64,000 nt of DNA from Pirellulales bacterium (lineage in GTDB: Bacteria; Planctomycetota; Planctomycetia; Pirellulales; JAICIG01), in NCBI GenBank assembly GCA_040901675.1, contig JBBDYJ010000010.1, positions 266,599-330,598 on the forward strand, in the 5' to 3' direction. The position numbers were made by a program, and so were the translations under genes. The notes below the pieces were generated by a model that was given only the letters and a program-made list of their open reading frames with translations, was not told where the DNA came from and did not search any database. Below are positions 19,194 to 29,244 of this stretch, one piece after another. Every line of letters begins with the position of its first letter. Positions within the stretch are counted from its first letter, which is position 1.

Positions 19194-20459
19194 ATGGCAT
19201 CTGAGCTGCTGCGGCCGCGGCTGCGTTCGTTGGAGCTGTTTCCCCTGGGCCCGCCGGAGGAATTGCTCTTCGCCCTGCGCGATCCGGAGGGCTTTGCCGA
19301 CGGAGTCGCCCTGCCTTACGCGGCGGCCATGCTGGCCACGCTGATGGACGGCAGCCGCACGCTCAGCCAGATCCAGTCTGATTTTCAGTCGCAGGCAGGC
19401 ACGGCGGTCGCGCTGGCCGACCTGGAGCAGTTCGTGGCCCGGCTGGATGCCGGTCACCTGTTGGACAGCCCGCAGTTTACCGCCCTCAAGCAATCGGCCA
19501 GCCAGGCGTTCCTCGACTCACCGGTGAGGGCCGCCGCGCACGCGGGCGCCGCCTACCCGTCCGACCCCGATGCGCTGCGCCGGCAGCTTGCCGAGTGCTT
19601 CAACTGCGACGAGGGACCCGGCATTGCCGGTCCGGATCCATCGGCCGGCGGCGGCAGCGGAAGGTTGCGGGGCGTGCTCAGCCCCCACATCGACCTCACT
19701 CGTGGCGGTCCGGCGTTCGCCTGGGCCTACCAATGCCTGGTCGAAGACGGCGATGCCGACGTGTTCGTGATCCTGGGCACCTCGCACAGCCCGCTGGCGC
19801 AAGTCTGCTCGGTGTCGCGCAAGCACTTCGCCACACCCCTGGGCACCGTCGAGACCGACGGCGAGTTCATCGATCGGCTGGACCACGAGCTGGCTTCGAC
19901 CGGCATCGCCATCGACATCTTCCAGGACGAGCTGGTCCACCGGCACGAGCACTCGATCGAGTTCCAGGTGCTATTCCTCCAGTACCTGCTCGCCGGCCGA
20001 CGGCCGTTCAAGGTCGTGCCGATCCTGACGGCATCGTTCCAGCCGTTTGTGGCCTCGGCCACGCGGCCCACTGCCTCGGCCGAGTTCACCGCCTTCGTGG
20101 CGGCGCTGCGGGCCACGGAAGCGGCCTGGCCCAAAAAGGTCTGCTACATCAGCGGCGGCGACCTGGCCCACGTGGGCCCCCGCTTCGGCGACGACTGGCT
20201 GCTGGACGAAGAGCGGCTGGCCGCCCGGGCCGACGACGACCACCGTTTGCTGGCCGCCGCCTGCGATGCCGACGCCGAGGGCTTTTTCGACCACGTCGCC
20301 CGCCAGCACGACGCCGGGCGGATCTGCGGGTTGTCGCCCACGTACACTCTGATGCAGGTGGCCGCCCCGTCGCGCGGCGAGCTGCTCAAGTATTCCCAGG
20401 CGGTGGACGAGAGCGGCACGAGCTGCGTCAGCTTCGCCAGCCTGGCCTTCTACGCGTAA
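19194..20459 (+). CDS. AmmeMemoRadiSam system protein B (Memo family)
   Basis: HAGAAYP, PHID, GTSH, EHSIEFQ, GDLAHVG, ICG motifs; GGAG RBS before ATG 19194. Confidence 0.85.
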   Translation: MASELLRPRLRSLELFPLGPPEELLFALRDPEGFADGVALPYAAAMLATLMDGSRTLSQIQSDFQSQAGTAVALADLEQFVARLDAGHLLDSPQFTALKQSASQAFLDSPVRAAAHAGAAYPSDPDALRRQLAECFNCDEGPGIAGPDPSAGGGSGRLRGVLSPHIDLTRGGPAFAWAYQCLVEDGDADVFVILGTSHSPLAQVCSVSRKHFATPLGTVETDGEFIDRLDHELASTGIAIDIFQDELVHRHEHSIEFQVLFLQYLLAGRRPFKVVPILTASFQPFVASATRPTASAEFTAFVAALRATEAAWPKKVCYISGGDLAHVGPRFGDDWLLDEERLAARADDDHRLLAAACDADAEGFFDHVARQHDAGRICGLSPTYTLMQVAAPSRGELLKYSQAVDESGTSCVSFASLAFYA

Positions 20460-20460
20460 A

Positions 20461-20510
20461 TCCTTCCACCTTCCACCTTCCACCTTCCACCTTCCTCCTT
20501 CCTCCTTGCC
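20461..20510. repeat. Heptamer tandem repeat (CCTTCCA)n
   Basis: Directly visible. Confidence 0.85.
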
Positions 20511-20584
20511 TTTCCATCCCGCGGCCGGCAACATAGAATCCAGCTTTCCAGCGGTCGATAGGGCCTGAGCCGGCGGAGATCGAT

Positions 20585-21844
20585 TTGGCTACGGCGTCGA
20601 AAATCCAGATCATCGGCATCGGCGACGATGGACTCGAAGGCATCACCAGCGCCGCGCGGCAGTTGATCGAGCAGGCCGAGCTGCTGGTCGGCGCCGATTA
20701 CATGCTGGCGCGGGTGCCCGCCTCGAAGGCCGAGCGCCTGCCGGCCGCCGGCAACCTCGATCCGGTGGTCCGGCGTCTGGCGGCCGCCAAGGACAAGCGC
20801 GTGGCGGTGCTGGTGTCGGGCGATCCGTTGTTCTACGGCATGGCCCGCTACCTGTGCGACAAGCTGGGCAAGGACCGCTTCGAGGTCGTGCCGCACGTGA
20901 GCAGCATGCAGTTGGCCTTTGCCCGGGTGAAAGAAAGCTGGGAGGAGGCCTACCTGACCAACCTGGCCAGCCACCCGCTCGACCACGTGGTGGAGAAGAT
21001 CCGCACTGCTGAAAAAGCAGGCCTGTTCACGAGCGAATCGTGCCCGCCCTCCGCGGTGGCCCGGTCCCTGCTCGACCGCCGCATCGACTATTTCCACGCT
21101 TACGTCTGCGAGAACCTCGGCTCGCCCGACGAGCGCGTTACGCAGGGCGACTTGCGTGAGCTGGTCGATCAGCAGTTCTCGCCGCTCAACGTGATGATCC
21201 TGGTCCGCAAACCGGGGCTGCCCGATCGTCCGAGCGAGCGGGCAGGCTGCCGGCTGTTCGGAAATCCGGACGAGGTCTTCCTGCAGTCGAAGCCGAAGAA
21301 GGGCCTGCTGACGCCCGCCGAAGTACGCTCGATTGCACTGGCCGAGATGGACCTCGGACCGACGAGCATCGTCTGGGACATCGGCGCCGGCAGCGGCTCG
21401 GTAGCCATCGAGGCGGCCCAGATCGCGCCGGCCGGCAAGACATTCGCCATCGAAATGGACGCCGAAGACCATAACCTCATCCTGGCCAACGCCGAGAAGT
21501 TCGGGGTGACCAACCTGGTGGCCGTGCTGGGCCGGGCGCCCGAGGCCTGGTCGGCGCTGCCCGACCCCGACAGCATTTTTGTGGGCGGCAGCGGCCGCGA
21601 GATCAGCCGGCTGATGGAGCTGGCGTACGAGCGGCTGCGGCCCGCGGGCCGGCTGGTGGCCAACGTGGGGAGCATCGAGAACCTGGCCGAAGTACACGCC
21701 GCGCTCTACCGGCGGACCGGCGACGTCAAGGTCTGGATGATCAACGTGGCCCGCGGCACGTACCAGCTCGAACGCGTGCGCTTCGATGCGCTGAATCCCA
21801 CCTTCCTGCTGGCCACCGTCAAGCCTGACCGGCCAAAAGCCTGA
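20585..21844 (+). CDS. cbiET: Precorrin-6Y C5,15-methyltransferase, CbiE-CbiT fusion (CobL-type)
   Basis: IIGIGDDG, SGDPLFYG, VSSMQLA, ENLG, WDIGAGSGSV, FVGGSG. Confidence 0.9.
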   Translation: MATASKIQIIGIGDDGLEGITSAARQLIEQAELLVGADYMLARVPASKAERLPAAGNLDPVVRRLAAAKDKRVAVLVSGDPLFYGMARYLCDKLGKDRFEVVPHVSSMQLAFARVKESWEEAYLTNLASHPLDHVVEKIRTAEKAGLFTSESCPPSAVARSLLDRRIDYFHAYVCENLGSPDERVTQGDLRELVDQQFSPLNVMILVRKPGLPDRPSERAGCRLFGNPDEVFLQSKPKKGLLTPAEVRSIALAEMDLGPTSIVWDIGAGSGSVAIEAAQIAPAGKTFAIEMDAEDHNLILANAEKFGVTNLVAVLGRAPEAWSALPDPDSIFVGGSGREISRLMELAYERLRPAGRLVANVGSIENLAEVHAALYRRTGDVKVWMINVARGTYQLERVRFDALNPTFLLATVKPDRPKA

Positions 21845-21847
21845 AGC

Positions 21848-22681
21848 ATGACGATCGAACGTCCGGCCGCCGGCATTCTGAATCCTCAACCAGCATCCCT
21901 CTCCGAGCGGCCCGCCACGGCGGACGAACCGGAATTGGACGTGATCGCCGTCGGCGCGCACCCCGACGACGTCGAGATTGCCTGCGGCGGCACGTTGGCC
22001 CGGCTGACCCGTCAGGGCTACCGCGTGGGCATCATCGACTTGACCGACGGCGAACCGACGCCGATGTCGCCCGGCCCCGCCGTGCGGTTGGCTGAAGCCC
22101 AACGTGCCGCGGAGGTGCTGGGGGTGGCGACGCGGATCCAGCTCGGTTTGACGAATCGGCGGTTGTTCGACGACTTCGAGGCCCGCGTCGCCTTGGCCCG
22201 CGAGTTCCGCAAGTATCGCCCCAAGCTGGTGCTGGGGTTCGGCGAAAAAACGCCCTTGGCCTCGCCCGACCACTGGCAGGCGATGCAGATCACCGACGCC
22301 GCGGTCTTTTACTCGCGGCTGACCAAGTGGGACGAGCACTTCGACGGCCTGCCGGTCCACACGGTGAGCGCCCAGCTTTACTACACGCTGGCCTTCAGCA
22401 GTCTCGGCCTGCCGGCCGGCGCCGGGCACCTGGTGGTCGATATTGCCGGCACGCTGGAGACCAAGCTGGCCAGCGTGCGTTGTTACCAGACCCAGTTTCC
22501 GCCGGCCAAGGCGCACGTGCTGGAGCGGATCAAGGCCTTTGCCTTGCAGCAGGGGCAGGCCGCCGGGTTCGACGCCGGCGAGTTGTTCACCAGTCCCCGC
22601 ACGCTGGGGACCCGCGACCTGATGCACTTTCTGTTCGGGCTCGCGCCCTCCGACGAGCCCCGCAAGCCGGACATCAGGTAA
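21848..22681 (+). CDS. PIG-L/BshB1-family N-acetylglucosaminyl deacetylase
   Basis: AHPDDVE, DLTDGE, PDH motifs. Confidence 0.85.
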   Translation: MTIERPAAGILNPQPASLSERPATADEPELDVIAVGAHPDDVEIACGGTLARLTRQGYRVGIIDLTDGEPTPMSPGPAVRLAEAQRAAEVLGVATRIQLGLTNRRLFDDFEARVALAREFRKYRPKLVLGFGEKTPLASPDHWQAMQITDAAVFYSRLTKWDEHFDGLPVHTVSAQLYYTLAFSSLGLPAGAGHLVVDIAGTLETKLASVRCYQTQFPPAKAHVLERIKAFALQQGQAAGFDAGELFTSPRTLGTRDLMHFLFGLAPSDEPRKPDIR

Positions 22682-22730
22682 AGAGAGCTTGGAGCACGGT
22701 GTCACTGCTTGATGGGCCCAACGAGCCGGC

Positions 22731-22955
22731 ATGACGACGTACGATCCCACGCCGGCCGACCGCCCTCCCAAGGGGCAGATCCTGATCTACCGCGACGGCG
22801 CGATCCACCTGCAGGTGCGCCTCGATGGGCAGACTGTCTGGCTGCCGCAGCGGCTCATCGCGGAGCTGTTCCAGGTGAGTGTGCCGACCGTAAATGAGCA
22901 TTTGGGCAACATTTACGAAGACGCCCCTGCCGCCGCAGGAGGCGCGTCGGGTTAG
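22731..22955 (+). pseudogene. N-terminal fragment of a RhuM-family protein
   Basis: ILIY...VRLDGQTVWL.Q..IAELFQVSVPTVNEHLGNIYE; stops after 74 aa, overlapping the convergent gene end. Confidence 0.65.
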
Positions 22956-24247
22956 TGTGCCTGGCCGATGGCATAGAGGCTGTTGGCCGAACGCAGGAAA
23001 ATCTGGCCCCGGCTGATGGCGGGCGAGGCGTAACACTCGTCACCTAAGGCGTTCTTCGAGACCTCCTCGAACTCGTCCGACGGCTTCACGATGGTCATCA
23101 CGCCGTTGTTTGCCAGGAAATAAGCCAGGCCGCCCGCGGTGACCAGACTGGCACTGTAGTGCGGGCCGATGCGCTGCCGCCAGGTGCGGCGGCCGGTCCG
23201 GGCCTCGAAGCAACTCGCGATCCCCTCGTCGGAAACGACCAGAAAGTAGCCGCCCACCGCGATCGGCGAGGGAACGTACGAGCAGTTCTCGCTCGTGCGC
23301 CAGGCAATGTGGGTCTTGGTCACGTTGCCGCGGCCGTCGGGCCGGATCGCCAGCATGTGCTTGTCCGGGTAGCCGGCCGTCATGAACAACAGCTCGCCGT
23401 TGTAGACCATCGAAGCCACGAACTGCTCGGTCGGCCCGTCGATGATCCAGTGCCGCGAGCCGTCGCGCGGATCGTAACTGGCCACCGACATCGAGCCGCA
23501 GAGGATCATGTGCGGCCGGCCGTCGATCCGGCGGATGATCGGCGTCGAGTAGCTGCGGGTCTTGTTCTCGCGCGGCACCTTCCAGACGATCTGGCCGCTG
23601 TCGCGATCGAGCGCCACCAGGTAGGCGTCGCCGTCGTGATCGCCGTTCACGATCACCTTGTTCTCGAACAACACCGGGCAACTGCAGTAGCCGTGCTGGC
23701 TCGAGAAGGGACCGGGCCGCACCAGCCACTTCCGCCGGCCCTCGTAGTCGTAGGCCGCCACCACCATCTGTCGCTGGTCGAGGAACGTGACGTAGACCAG
23801 GCGGCCGTCGGTGGCCGGCGTGCTGGAGGCGTAGCTGTTCAGCGAGTGCTTTTGCTCCAGGGGCGACCGCAGCACCGTCTGCTCCCACAGCAGCGAGCCG
23901 TCGTTTCGATCGAGGCACACCAGGAGCCGCTCCTGCTTCTCCTCCCGGCAGGCAACCAGAAAGATCCGGTCGTCCCAGATGACCGGCGAAGCATAGCCGC
24001 TGCCCGGGAGCGGCACTTTCCAGGCGATGTTTTCGCCCGTCTCGCCGTTCCAGCGGATCGGAATGTTCGGCTCGGCGCTGGTTCCGTCGCCTCGCGGCCC
24101 GCGCCATCCGGGCCAGTTCTCGGCCGACGCGGATCCCGCCGCCACGCAGGCGGCCACAAGGGCACAGGCCATCGGCCGGAACCAAAATGAGAACCAAAAT
24201 GAGATTGTCGATGCGAGCGGGCGGGCCGCCGGGGAGAGATTCGTCAT
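22952..24247 (-). CDS. PQQ-binding-like (BamB-type) beta-propeller protein; start uncertain
   Basis: AENWPGWRGPRGDG, IAWKVPLPGSGYASP, YASPAISRGQIFLRS. Confidence 0.85.
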   Translation of the reverse strand: MTNLSPAARPLASTISFWFSFWFRPMACALVAACVAAGSASAENWPGWRGPRGDGTSAEPNIPIRWNGETGENIAWKVPLPGSGYASPVIWDDRIFLVACREEKQERLLVCLDRNDGSLLWEQTVLRSPLEQKHSLNSYASSTPATDGRLVYVTFLDQRQMVVAAYDYEGRRKWLVRPGPFSSQHGYCSCPVLFENKVIVNGDHDGDAYLVALDRDSGQIVWKVPRENKTRSYSTPIIRRIDGRPHMILCGSMSVASYDPRDGSRHWIIDGPTEQFVASMVYNGELLFMTAGYPDKHMLAIRPDGRGNVTKTHIAWRTSENCSYVPSPIAVGGYFLVVSDEGIASCFEARTGRRTWRQRIGPHYSASLVTAGGLAYFLANNGVMTIVKPSDEFEEVSKNALGDECYASPAISRGQIFLRSANSLYAIGQAH

Positions 24248-24368
24248 GCTGGCGATGAGGCGAGAGGGCGATGAGGCGAGGGTCGGGCGTGGAGCGTTGT
24301 TGGATTCTAAGCTGACACCATCGCCGGCTGAATGGTCAAGTAGTCTTTTCACCCGGGCGCTGCCTCCC

Positions 24369-24390
24369 TATACTAGACGCCTGTCTAGTA
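24369..24390. promoter_or_regulatory. TATACT -10-like box overlapped by a perfect 8-bp inverted repeat
   Basis: TACTAGAC-GCCT-GTCTAGTA, 37 bp upstream of the helicase start. Confidence 0.35.
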
Positions 24391-24427
24391 CCCAGGAACC
24401 CAGCAACTAGCAACTAGCAACCAGCTC

Positions 24428-26929
24428 ATGGACGTGGCCCGGTTTTTGGAACGGATTCGACATCTCCCCTGGTACGACGGCCAACTGAGGCACGTCGAGC
24501 AACTGCCCGAGCGGCCCGCGCGGTTCGCCGAGCCATCGCGGCCCCTTGCCCGGGCGTTGGCAGAGCTGCTGGCAAAGCGTGGCATCGAGGGGCTGTACTC
24601 GCACCAGGTCGCCTGCCTGGAACTGGCCCGCGGTGCAAGCGATTGGGTTGTCGTCAGCGGGACGGCCAGCGGCAAAACGCTCTGCTACAACCTGCCGATT
24701 CTCGAGGCCTGTCTCGACGATCCGCGGTCGCGGGCCCTGTATTTGTTTCCCACCAAGGCCCTGGCCCAGGACCAGTTCAAAGGACTGCTGGAGCTGCTGG
24801 CTCCCGCCGAGACGAAAGGTCGCGTAACGCCCGGGGTCTTCGACGGCGATACGCCGACCGCCCAGCGGCGGCGGATCCAGGCCGAAGCCAACCTCGTGCT
24901 GTCCAACCCGGACATGCTGCACGCCTCGATCCTGCCGTACCACCCCAAGTGGGCCCGTTTCTTCAGCGACTTGAAATTCGTGGTGCTCGACGAGGCCCAC
25001 ACCTACCGCGGCATCCTCGGCGCGCACGTGGCGGGCGTGCTGCGCCGGTTGTGGAGAGTTTGCGAGCATTACGGGTCGCGCCCCCTGGTGCTGGCGGCCA
25101 GCGCCACAATCGCCAACCCGCGGGAGCTGGTGTCGCGGCTGATCGGCCGAGACGTGACCCTGGTCGACGACGACGGCGCCCCGCGAGGCCGCAAGTTCTT
25201 TGCGCTCTGGAACCCTCAATGCCCGGGCAAAGACGGCCTGGCGCAGGCCAGCGCCTCGGACGATGCCACGCGGTTGTTGGTCGAGGCGCTCCAGGCCGGC
25301 GCGCAGGCGCTGGTGTTCACCCGCACGCGGCAGTCGGCCGAGCTGGTGCGGCGCTATGCTCAGCAGGAGCTGGCGGCCCGCCGCAGTCCGCTGGCCGGGC
25401 AGGTGCGGGCCTATCGGGGCGGTTATCTGCCGGACGAGCGGCGCGCGATCGAGGCCGGGCTGGCCGACGGCGGACTGCGAGGGGTGGCGGCCACGAACGC
25501 CCTGGAATTGGGGGTCGACATCGGCTCGCTCGACGTGGCCTTGCTGGCCGGCTATCCGGGCACGATCGCCAGCACCTGGCAGCAGGCAGGGCGGGCCGGC
25601 CGGCGGCAAAGCGACAGCCTGGCGGTCCTGCTGGCCGGCAACGATCCGGTCGACCATTACCTGCTCAGGCATCCCGGCTATTTCTTCGCGCAGTCGCCCG
25701 AGCACGCGGTCGTGGATCCCGGAAACCCGTATGTGCTCACGCGGCATTTGAAAGCGGCCGCCTTCGAGCTGCCTTTGGGCAGCGACGACATCGAGCGGTT
25801 CGGTCCGCTTACCCGTCCGATCGCCGAGCTGTTGCACGACAACGGCGAGTTGAACGAGGTGGCCGGCAAGTTTTATTTCGCCGGCGAACAGAACCCGGCC
25901 GTCCGAATCAGCCTGCGCCACATGAGCGACAACACGTTCAGCATCGTGCTAGCCCGCGACGCGCTCCAGCCGGGCACGCCGGCCGCTCCTGGGGCTGGCG
26001 GATCCAGCGGGCCGCGCGAGCACGAGGTGATCGCCAACGTCGATGCGATCAGCGCACCGGAATTGATCTACCCGCAGGCGGTATACCTGCACCACGGCGA
26101 GTCGTACCTGGTCCGCCAGCTCGATCTGGAGGGAAAAGTCGCCTACGTCGAACGGCGCGAGACCGACTACTACACGCAGGCCGTGCTGGAGAGCAGCGTG
26201 CGGATCAGCGGCGAGCGCAGCGGCCGCGATGCCGCCTGGGTCCGCTCGGCGTATGGCGAGGCCGACGTATCATGGCAAACCGTGGCTTTCAAGAAGATCA
26301 AGTTCGGCACGCGGGAGAACATCGGCCTGGGGCCGGTCGATATTCCAAGCCAGACCCTTTCGACGACGGCCTTCTGGCTGGTTCCCTCCGGCGGGCTGCG
26401 GATGCGGATGAAACAGGCTGGTTGGCGAGTCGGCGAAGGTCTGGCCGGACTGCGCAACCTGGCACTGGTGGCACTGCCGATGGTGGCCATGTGCGACAGC
26501 CGCGATCTGGGGGGCGTCGTCGACAGCAAAAACCTGGGCAGCTCGACGCTGATCCTCTACGACCGCTATCCGGGTGGGCTCGGTTACTGCGAACGAGGTT
26601 TTGAGCACCTGGACCGCTGGCTGCCGATCTGCCGTGAGATGGTGGCCGCCTGCGAGTGCCGCGACGGCTGCCCGAGCTGCGTCGGCCTGGCCAACCTGCG
26701 GCCGAGCATCCACATGGACCCGGATTTGAGCCGCGGCTATCCAATGCCCGACAAGGCGGCGACGCTGGGGCTGCTCGACTTGCTGCTGGCGCCCCTGCCG
26801 GCAGAAGGAGGAAGGTGGAAGGTGGAAGGTGGAAGGTGGAAGGAGAGGGAGGAACGGTCAGACGGCCTGGGAAGGCCGTCCTACGACGCTCCGACGCTCG
26901 GACGCAACGAGGAACCGCTCCACCAGTGA
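24428..26929 (+). CDS. DEAD/DEAH helicase with DUF1998 (MrfA/YprA/Hrq1 family)
   Basis: GTASGKT, PTKALAQDQ, DEAH, SAT, TNALELGVDIG, QQAGRAGR, C-terminal CECRDGCPSC. Confidence 0.92.
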   Translation: MDVARFLERIRHLPWYDGQLRHVEQLPERPARFAEPSRPLARALAELLAKRGIEGLYSHQVACLELARGASDWVVVSGTASGKTLCYNLPILEACLDDPRSRALYLFPTKALAQDQFKGLLELLAPAETKGRVTPGVFDGDTPTAQRRRIQAEANLVLSNPDMLHASILPYHPKWARFFSDLKFVVLDEAHTYRGILGAHVAGVLRRLWRVCEHYGSRPLVLAASATIANPRELVSRLIGRDVTLVDDDGAPRGRKFFALWNPQCPGKDGLAQASASDDATRLLVEALQAGAQALVFTRTRQSAELVRRYAQQELAARRSPLAGQVRAYRGGYLPDERRAIEAGLADGGLRGVAATNALELGVDIGSLDVALLAGYPGTIASTWQQAGRAGRRQSDSLAVLLAGNDPVDHYLLRHPGYFFAQSPEHAVVDPGNPYVLTRHLKAAAFELPLGSDDIERFGPLTRPIAELLHDNGELNEVAGKFYFAGEQNPAVRISLRHMSDNTFSIVLARDALQPGTPAAPGAGGSSGPREHEVIANVDAISAPELIYPQAVYLHHGESYLVRQLDLEGKVAYVERRETDYYTQAVLESSVRISGERSGRDAAWVRSAYGEADVSWQTVAFKKIKFGTRENIGLGPVDIPSQTLSTTAFWLVPSGGLRMRMKQAGWRVGEGLAGLRNLALVALPMVAMCDSRDLGGVVDSKNLGSSTLILYDRYPGGLGYCERGFEHLDRWLPICREMVAACECRDGCPSCVGLANLRPSIHMDPDLSRGYPMPDKAATLGLLDLLLAPLPAEGGRWKVEGGRWKEREERSDGLGRPSYDAPTLGRNEEPLHQ
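26804..26885. repeat. (GGAAGGT)n tract plus GTAG-tagged hairpin inside the helicase 3' end
   Basis: Heptamers at 26804-26843; GACGGCCT-GGGA-AGGCCGTC-CTAC at 26861-26884. Confidence 0.8.
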
Positions 26930-26942
26930 GCTGACCGCAACT

Positions 26943-27890
26943 ATGCTCCATGAAGAAGTGCGTGCCCGGCTCGAGTTGCTGAACCGCCAGCGGCTGCCCG
27001 ACCACAACGGCGCGGCCGACAGCGGGCCGTGCGCACTGGACCGGCCCCATGCACCAGCGCTCTTGTCGCCCGCGGAATCGCAAGCTGGCGAAACGGACCT
27101 GTCGCTGTCGGCCCTGGCGCCGGGCCGCGTGGAATATGGTCCGGCCGGCTGCCACTGGCTGGTGCGGCACCGGGTGGCGGACCTTTGGCACGGTGCTGTT
27201 GCGATCGGTGGGCATAGTAGCAGGCACACTCCGTGTGCCGTCCGCCCCGATGATCCAATGCCGGGCGACTCGATTCATCCGGAGATTGCCGCCTTTGTCG
27301 GCGGCTTTCCGCGGGACGTGCTGTTTTTGGACCTCGAGACGTGCGGCTTTGCCGGCTCGCCGATTTTTTTAGCGGGCGTGGTGTACCAGGACGAGCGGGA
27401 GCTGGTGCTGGAGCAACTGCTGGCCCGCGACTACACGGAAGAGCGGGCCCTGCTGGCGGCGCTTGGGGAGCTAGCCCGCTCGCGGCCAGTCCTGGTCACG
27501 TTCAACGGCAAGAGCTTCGACTGGCCGATGGTCCGCGATCGCAGCGCCTACCACCGCCTCGGCGTCGGCGATGAAAGTTCGAACCGAAACGGCGATGGCC
27601 ACGGACCGTCCGTGTCGGGGCCTGCCGGGCCGGTGCATTGCGACTTGTTGCACCACGCCCGCCGGCGGTGGCGCCGCCGGCTGCCCAACTGCAAGCTGCA
27701 GACACTGGAACGATTTCTTTGCCGGCGGCTGCGGCGCGACGATATCTCCGGCAGCCGCATCGGCCAGGAATATCATTATTTCGTTCGAAGCGGCGACGCC
27801 CGTTCGATGCAAGTCATTCTGCACCATAACGCCCTCGACCTGATCACACTCGTCGAGCTCGCCATGCTCGTCAGCAAGTCAGCAGGATGA
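26943..27890 (+). CDS. RNase H-like DEDD exonuclease (MrfB/YprB family)
   Basis: FLDLETCG, VTFNGKSFD, LHHNALDL; adjacent to the DUF1998 helicase. Confidence 0.88.
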   Translation: MLHEEVRARLELLNRQRLPDHNGAADSGPCALDRPHAPALLSPAESQAGETDLSLSALAPGRVEYGPAGCHWLVRHRVADLWHGAVAIGGHSSRHTPCAVRPDDPMPGDSIHPEIAAFVGGFPRDVLFLDLETCGFAGSPIFLAGVVYQDERELVLEQLLARDYTEERALLAALGELARSRPVLVTFNGKSFDWPMVRDRSAYHRLGVGDESSNRNGDGHGPSVSGPAGPVHCDLLHHARRRWRRRLPNCKLQTLERFLCRRLRRDDISGSRIGQEYHYFVRSGDARSMQVILHHNALDLITLVELAMLVSKSAG

Positions 27891-28277
27891 AAGAGAAGTC
27901 AGAGGGCAGAGGTCAGAGGTCAGAGGTTCCGCCAAAGGCGGACTTAACAGCACGGTTCCGCCTACGGCGGACTTGCAGCAGTGGCAACCCTGTTCGTCCG
28001 TCCGTCTCCCCTTGTCGCCCTGTCCCCTTGTCGCCTTGTCGTTCTTCCCACCCGGGTCCGGCCGTGCCGGCTGGAACGACCGCATCGGTTTGGCACGCCC
28101 GCCGGACGCGAAACAGTGGTCCTTGCTGTTCGCTTCCGGTGCTTTCGGCATGGTCCGAACGGCACTTACATTCGGCCCAGCTTGTCGCCCGGCCGGCAGG
28201 TTGGAGAACGCCCGGCCCCAAGTCGATAGTTGTGGTGTCCAGCCCCGGTCCCTCCACCAAGCGGTGCAGCCATAGCG

Positions 28278-29117
28278 ATGACGAAAGCACGACGCCGAGC
28301 GAGTTCCGCAGTCCAGTCGCCACTGGAAACCTACCTGCGGGAAATCAACGAAACATCGCTCCTCTCCGCCCACGACGAGCAGGACCTGGCCGTGGCCATC
28401 GGCCAGGGCGACAGCCAGGCCCGCGACCGCATGGTGCGGGCCAACCTGCGGCTCGTCGTCAACATCGCCCGCGGCTATACCGGCAAGGGGCTGGGCTTGC
28501 AGGACCTGATCGAGGAAGGCAACCTCGGCCTGTTGCGCGCCGTCGAAGGCTTCGATCCGGCGATGGGCACCCGCTTCAGCACCTACGCCAGTTACTGGAT
28601 CAAGCAGTCGATCAAGCGGGCCCTGATCAACACGGCCAAAACCATCCGGATTCCCGCCTACATGGTCGAGCTGTTGAGCAAATGGCGGCGGGCCAGCTCG
28701 CGGCTGGCCGAGGAGCTGGGCCGCACGCCCACCCCCGAGGAAGTGGCACGCGTGCTGGGATTGCCGCGCAAGAAGCTGCCCATCATCAAGAAGGCCATTC
28801 GCATCTACAACTCGACCCCGCAGACCGACCAGGCCGAAGCCGGCTGGTCGCTCGGCGAGATGATCATGGACGAACGGGTCAAGAGCCCCGAGGACGAGAT
28901 GGTCGAGGGAGACGACATGACGCACGTCATGCGGCTCTTGGAGACAATGGACCAGCGCGAGGCGACCATCCTGCGGATGCGGTTCGGCCTATCGGACAAC
29001 GAGCCGCGGACGCTCAAGGAAATCGGCGAGCAGCTCGGCCTGACCCGCGAGCGCGTGCGGCAGATCGAGACCGAGGCCTTGGGCAAGCTGGCCGAGAGCC
29101 TGCAAGGGCCAGGCTAA
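28278..29117 (+). CDS. Sigma-70 family RpoD/RpoS-type sigma factor lacking region 1.1
   Basis: YLREI, ANLRLVV, DLIEEGNLGL, RFSTYASYWIKQ, TLKEIG...TRERVRQIE. Confidence 0.93.
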   Translation: MTKARRRASSAVQSPLETYLREINETSLLSAHDEQDLAVAIGQGDSQARDRMVRANLRLVVNIARGYTGKGLGLQDLIEEGNLGLLRAVEGFDPAMGTRFSTYASYWIKQSIKRALINTAKTIRIPAYMVELLSKWRRASSRLAEELGRTPTPEEVARVLGLPRKKLPIIKKAIRIYNSTPQTDQAEAGWSLGEMIMDERVKSPEDEMVEGDDMTHVMRLLETMDQREATILRMRFGLSDNEPRTLKEIGEQLGLTRERVRQIETEALGKLAESLQGPG

Positions 29118-29244
29118 GGCAGAGGTCGGAAGTCAGAGGTCAGAGGTCGGCACCGGGTGGCTGGGTTAGCGTGCCCCCCCAGCCTTCGTCCCACGCGTGC
29201 GGTCCCAAGTACCAAGTCCTGAGGACCAAGATCTGCCTTTTGCC

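Noticed and set aside
24428..27890. DUF1998 helicase as a DISARM/Druantia-type defence system
   Set aside because: Its partner is a YprB/MrfB exonuclease, and no methylase, PLD or other defence genes are nearby; this matches MrfAB repair.
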